A stretch of DNA of 61,798 bases, the filler included, from Nemertoderma westbladi (Eukaryota; Animalia; Xenacoelomorpha): the NCBI GenBank assembly GCA_032718475.1. It is 3 parts of 3 records of this genome, joined end to end, with 100 filler letters (N's around TTAATTAATTAA, not from the genome) between each part and the next. Parts side by side here need not be neighbours in the genome. Positions count along the whole stretch, not along the records: positions 46,456 to 61,798 come from JAUCBJ010006974.1; 2 more parts are not named here. One strand, given 5' to 3'. Under the pieces are notes generated by a model that saw nothing but the letters and a program-made list of their open reading frames with translations, was not told the origin of the DNA and searched no databases. Numbering within the stretch: position 1 is the stretch's first letter; every line of letters begins with the position of its first letter. A program made the position numbers and the translations under genes. This document shows positions 60,196-61,798 of this stretch, in pieces.

Positions 60196-60414
60196 AATAC
60201 AAATTGGTTCAGTACACGTCACCAGTCTGCCAATCTGCTACTGCCGGTACCCAACAAACCCGTCAGACCTCTAACAGTCTAACGTCTAACATCTAAGCTG
60301 TCCCGGGGTCCGAGTCCGCCCACACAATGGACGCGTCTGCCACCGCTGCCCGCACCGGTCTTCTAGCGGCCGACCGGAACCCACGGAGGCACATCAGGGA
60401 CGACCGGAGTAAGG

Positions 60415-60605
60415 CGAAGTTAAATAATCGAACCTTGACGTTCCGATTTATTTTATGGGACTTCCAAATCCTGTACAGACTATTTAACGCTGCCCATGCC
60501 TTCCTCTTACCCTTACGTATCCGAAAGTCTTCACATGACTTCCGGCTGTCCGGATCCAAAGTAGCAGAAGTCATCCACGTGCTCAAGCAAGCCATCCCTG
60601 GAGTG
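60415..60605 (-). mobile_element. RTE-clade LINE fragment
   Basis: DFRIRKGKRKAWAALNSLYRIWKSHKINRNVKVRLF; matches 13470-13640. Confidence 0.75.
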
Positions 60606-61214
60606 AGTAATCAGGCAGTCAAGTAAAAGGTACCGGTACCTGTACGCAGCAGTATAATGCAGTAATGACAATTAGAAACGGTTGAAAAGGTCGGTCCCCA
60701 AAATCAGCCGTTAGGCAATAGGCACAAAGGCAGTAAGTTCAGTAACAGCATAGCCAACATTGCCTTGAATAGCCACGATCATTGGAGAATCGATATGGCA
60801 AGGGAAATTATTGACTGAAAGACTAAAAGTGAGTGAAATTGATTTCTTTGTTGAAGTACAGTATAACTAAATGATATTTTAAAACAGATATCCACATAGG
60901 TATTTGCCTCTTGTAGTCTCTTTTGCTTCAATATTTTCGTATTTCTCTTTAATTATTGTGCATTATATCAGATTCTCCACAAATCTACATACATTATTAC
61001 TATTAATTATAATTTATCGGTACGTAATAAGTGATGTGCTGTGCTGCAACTGTGTACTTTTATAACTGTGTACTCGTTTGTTTCTCTATTTAACAATGTA
61101 CGAAATTCAATTAAACTATTACATACAGGGCTAGTAAAGTGCATTCTTAATGTTTAATTTTGTAGCTTTATGTTAATTTAATTTTATACCAAAAGTTATA
61201 ATAACAATAACACA

Positions 61215-61583
61215 ATGGCCCCTGATCCTCCAATTCCAGAAACTGAAAGTGATTTATCTAAGGGATGGATGCAGCAAATTCTGAGTAATCATTACATTAA
61301 AGACATCAAAATCGATTCCTTACAATGCAAACCGGTCCCAGCCAATCGTGGGTTTAATAGCACAGTTCTAGAGATTATTGTTTCCTACAACGACAAACTA
61401 TGTGGGGAAACTAGACAACTTGACTTGGTTGCTAAAATCCAACCGCCAGACGACGCCCTGATGGGTATATCTAAGCAACTAAAGCTGGACATAGTGGAGA
61501 TAAATTTTTATAACATTATATTACCGCAATTAGAAAAATTGGTGAAAGAACATGCAAAAAACGTTAGTTTAAGTTTTGTATAA
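61215..61583 (+). CDS. N-terminal lobe of an ecdysteroid kinase-like / CHK-kinase-like (DUF227) protein; probably a first coding exon
   Basis: GWMQQIL...GFNSTVLEIIVSY...LVAKIQP...EINFYNIILPQL pattern. The ORF ends before the catalytic HGD motif; candidate donor GTTAGT at 61563. Confidence 0.7.
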   Translation: MAPDPPIPETESDLSKGWMQQILSNHYIKDIKIDSLQCKPVPANRGFNSTVLEIIVSYNDKLCGETRQLDLVAKIQPPDDALMGISKQLKLDIVEINFYNIILPQLEKLVKEHAKNVSLSFV

Positions 61584-61798
61584 ACAATGTGTTAGTCTTG
61601 TAGTACTCTGGTAGTCTTTATTTACCGTTCGGAATCTCGTACCGGATTTTCCTAATTCGTGTTTAACAAAGTTGTCACTTTATAATTGTTAAATGTTATT
61701 TTATACTATTGTCAGAGAAGTACAGTAGCGTTGAAAGTAAGGCCATGTTATTGCCGCTCTCAATCAAATGAAATTTAATTGAAAAATTGAAGTCGAAA

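Overview
Repeat-rich scaffold segment from an invertebrate animal genome, with two 100-nt gap linkers and no prokaryotic features. Host genes are sparse: two C-terminal coding exons of a WDR6-like gene (+, 14.4-16.2 kb), a convergent single-ORF SPAG8-like ciliary gene (-, 17.4-18.0 kb) and the start of an EcKinase-like gene (+, 61.2 kb). The rest is nested mobile DNA. (1) A complete, young, pol-less BEL/Pao LTR element (888-8916, TSD GTGAA) encodes a very long Gag-protease with an Asn-rich region and a C-terminal hydrophobic segment, and has a non-canonical primer-binding site and a 3' hairpin array. (2) A decayed BEL/Pao gag-pol element ends in an apparent ~4.4-kb LTR, present in two diverged copies that share a covarying RNA hairpin. 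(3) A CRE-clade non-LTR element sits inside a telomere-like minisatellite. Also present are DNA-transposon derivatives (including two with CAGT termini and 5-bp CAGGN TSDs), RTE and CR1 LINE fragments, a ~3-kb tandem duplication and a 61-bp palindromic satellite. All calls come from reading the sequence and recalling family motifs; no database search was run.
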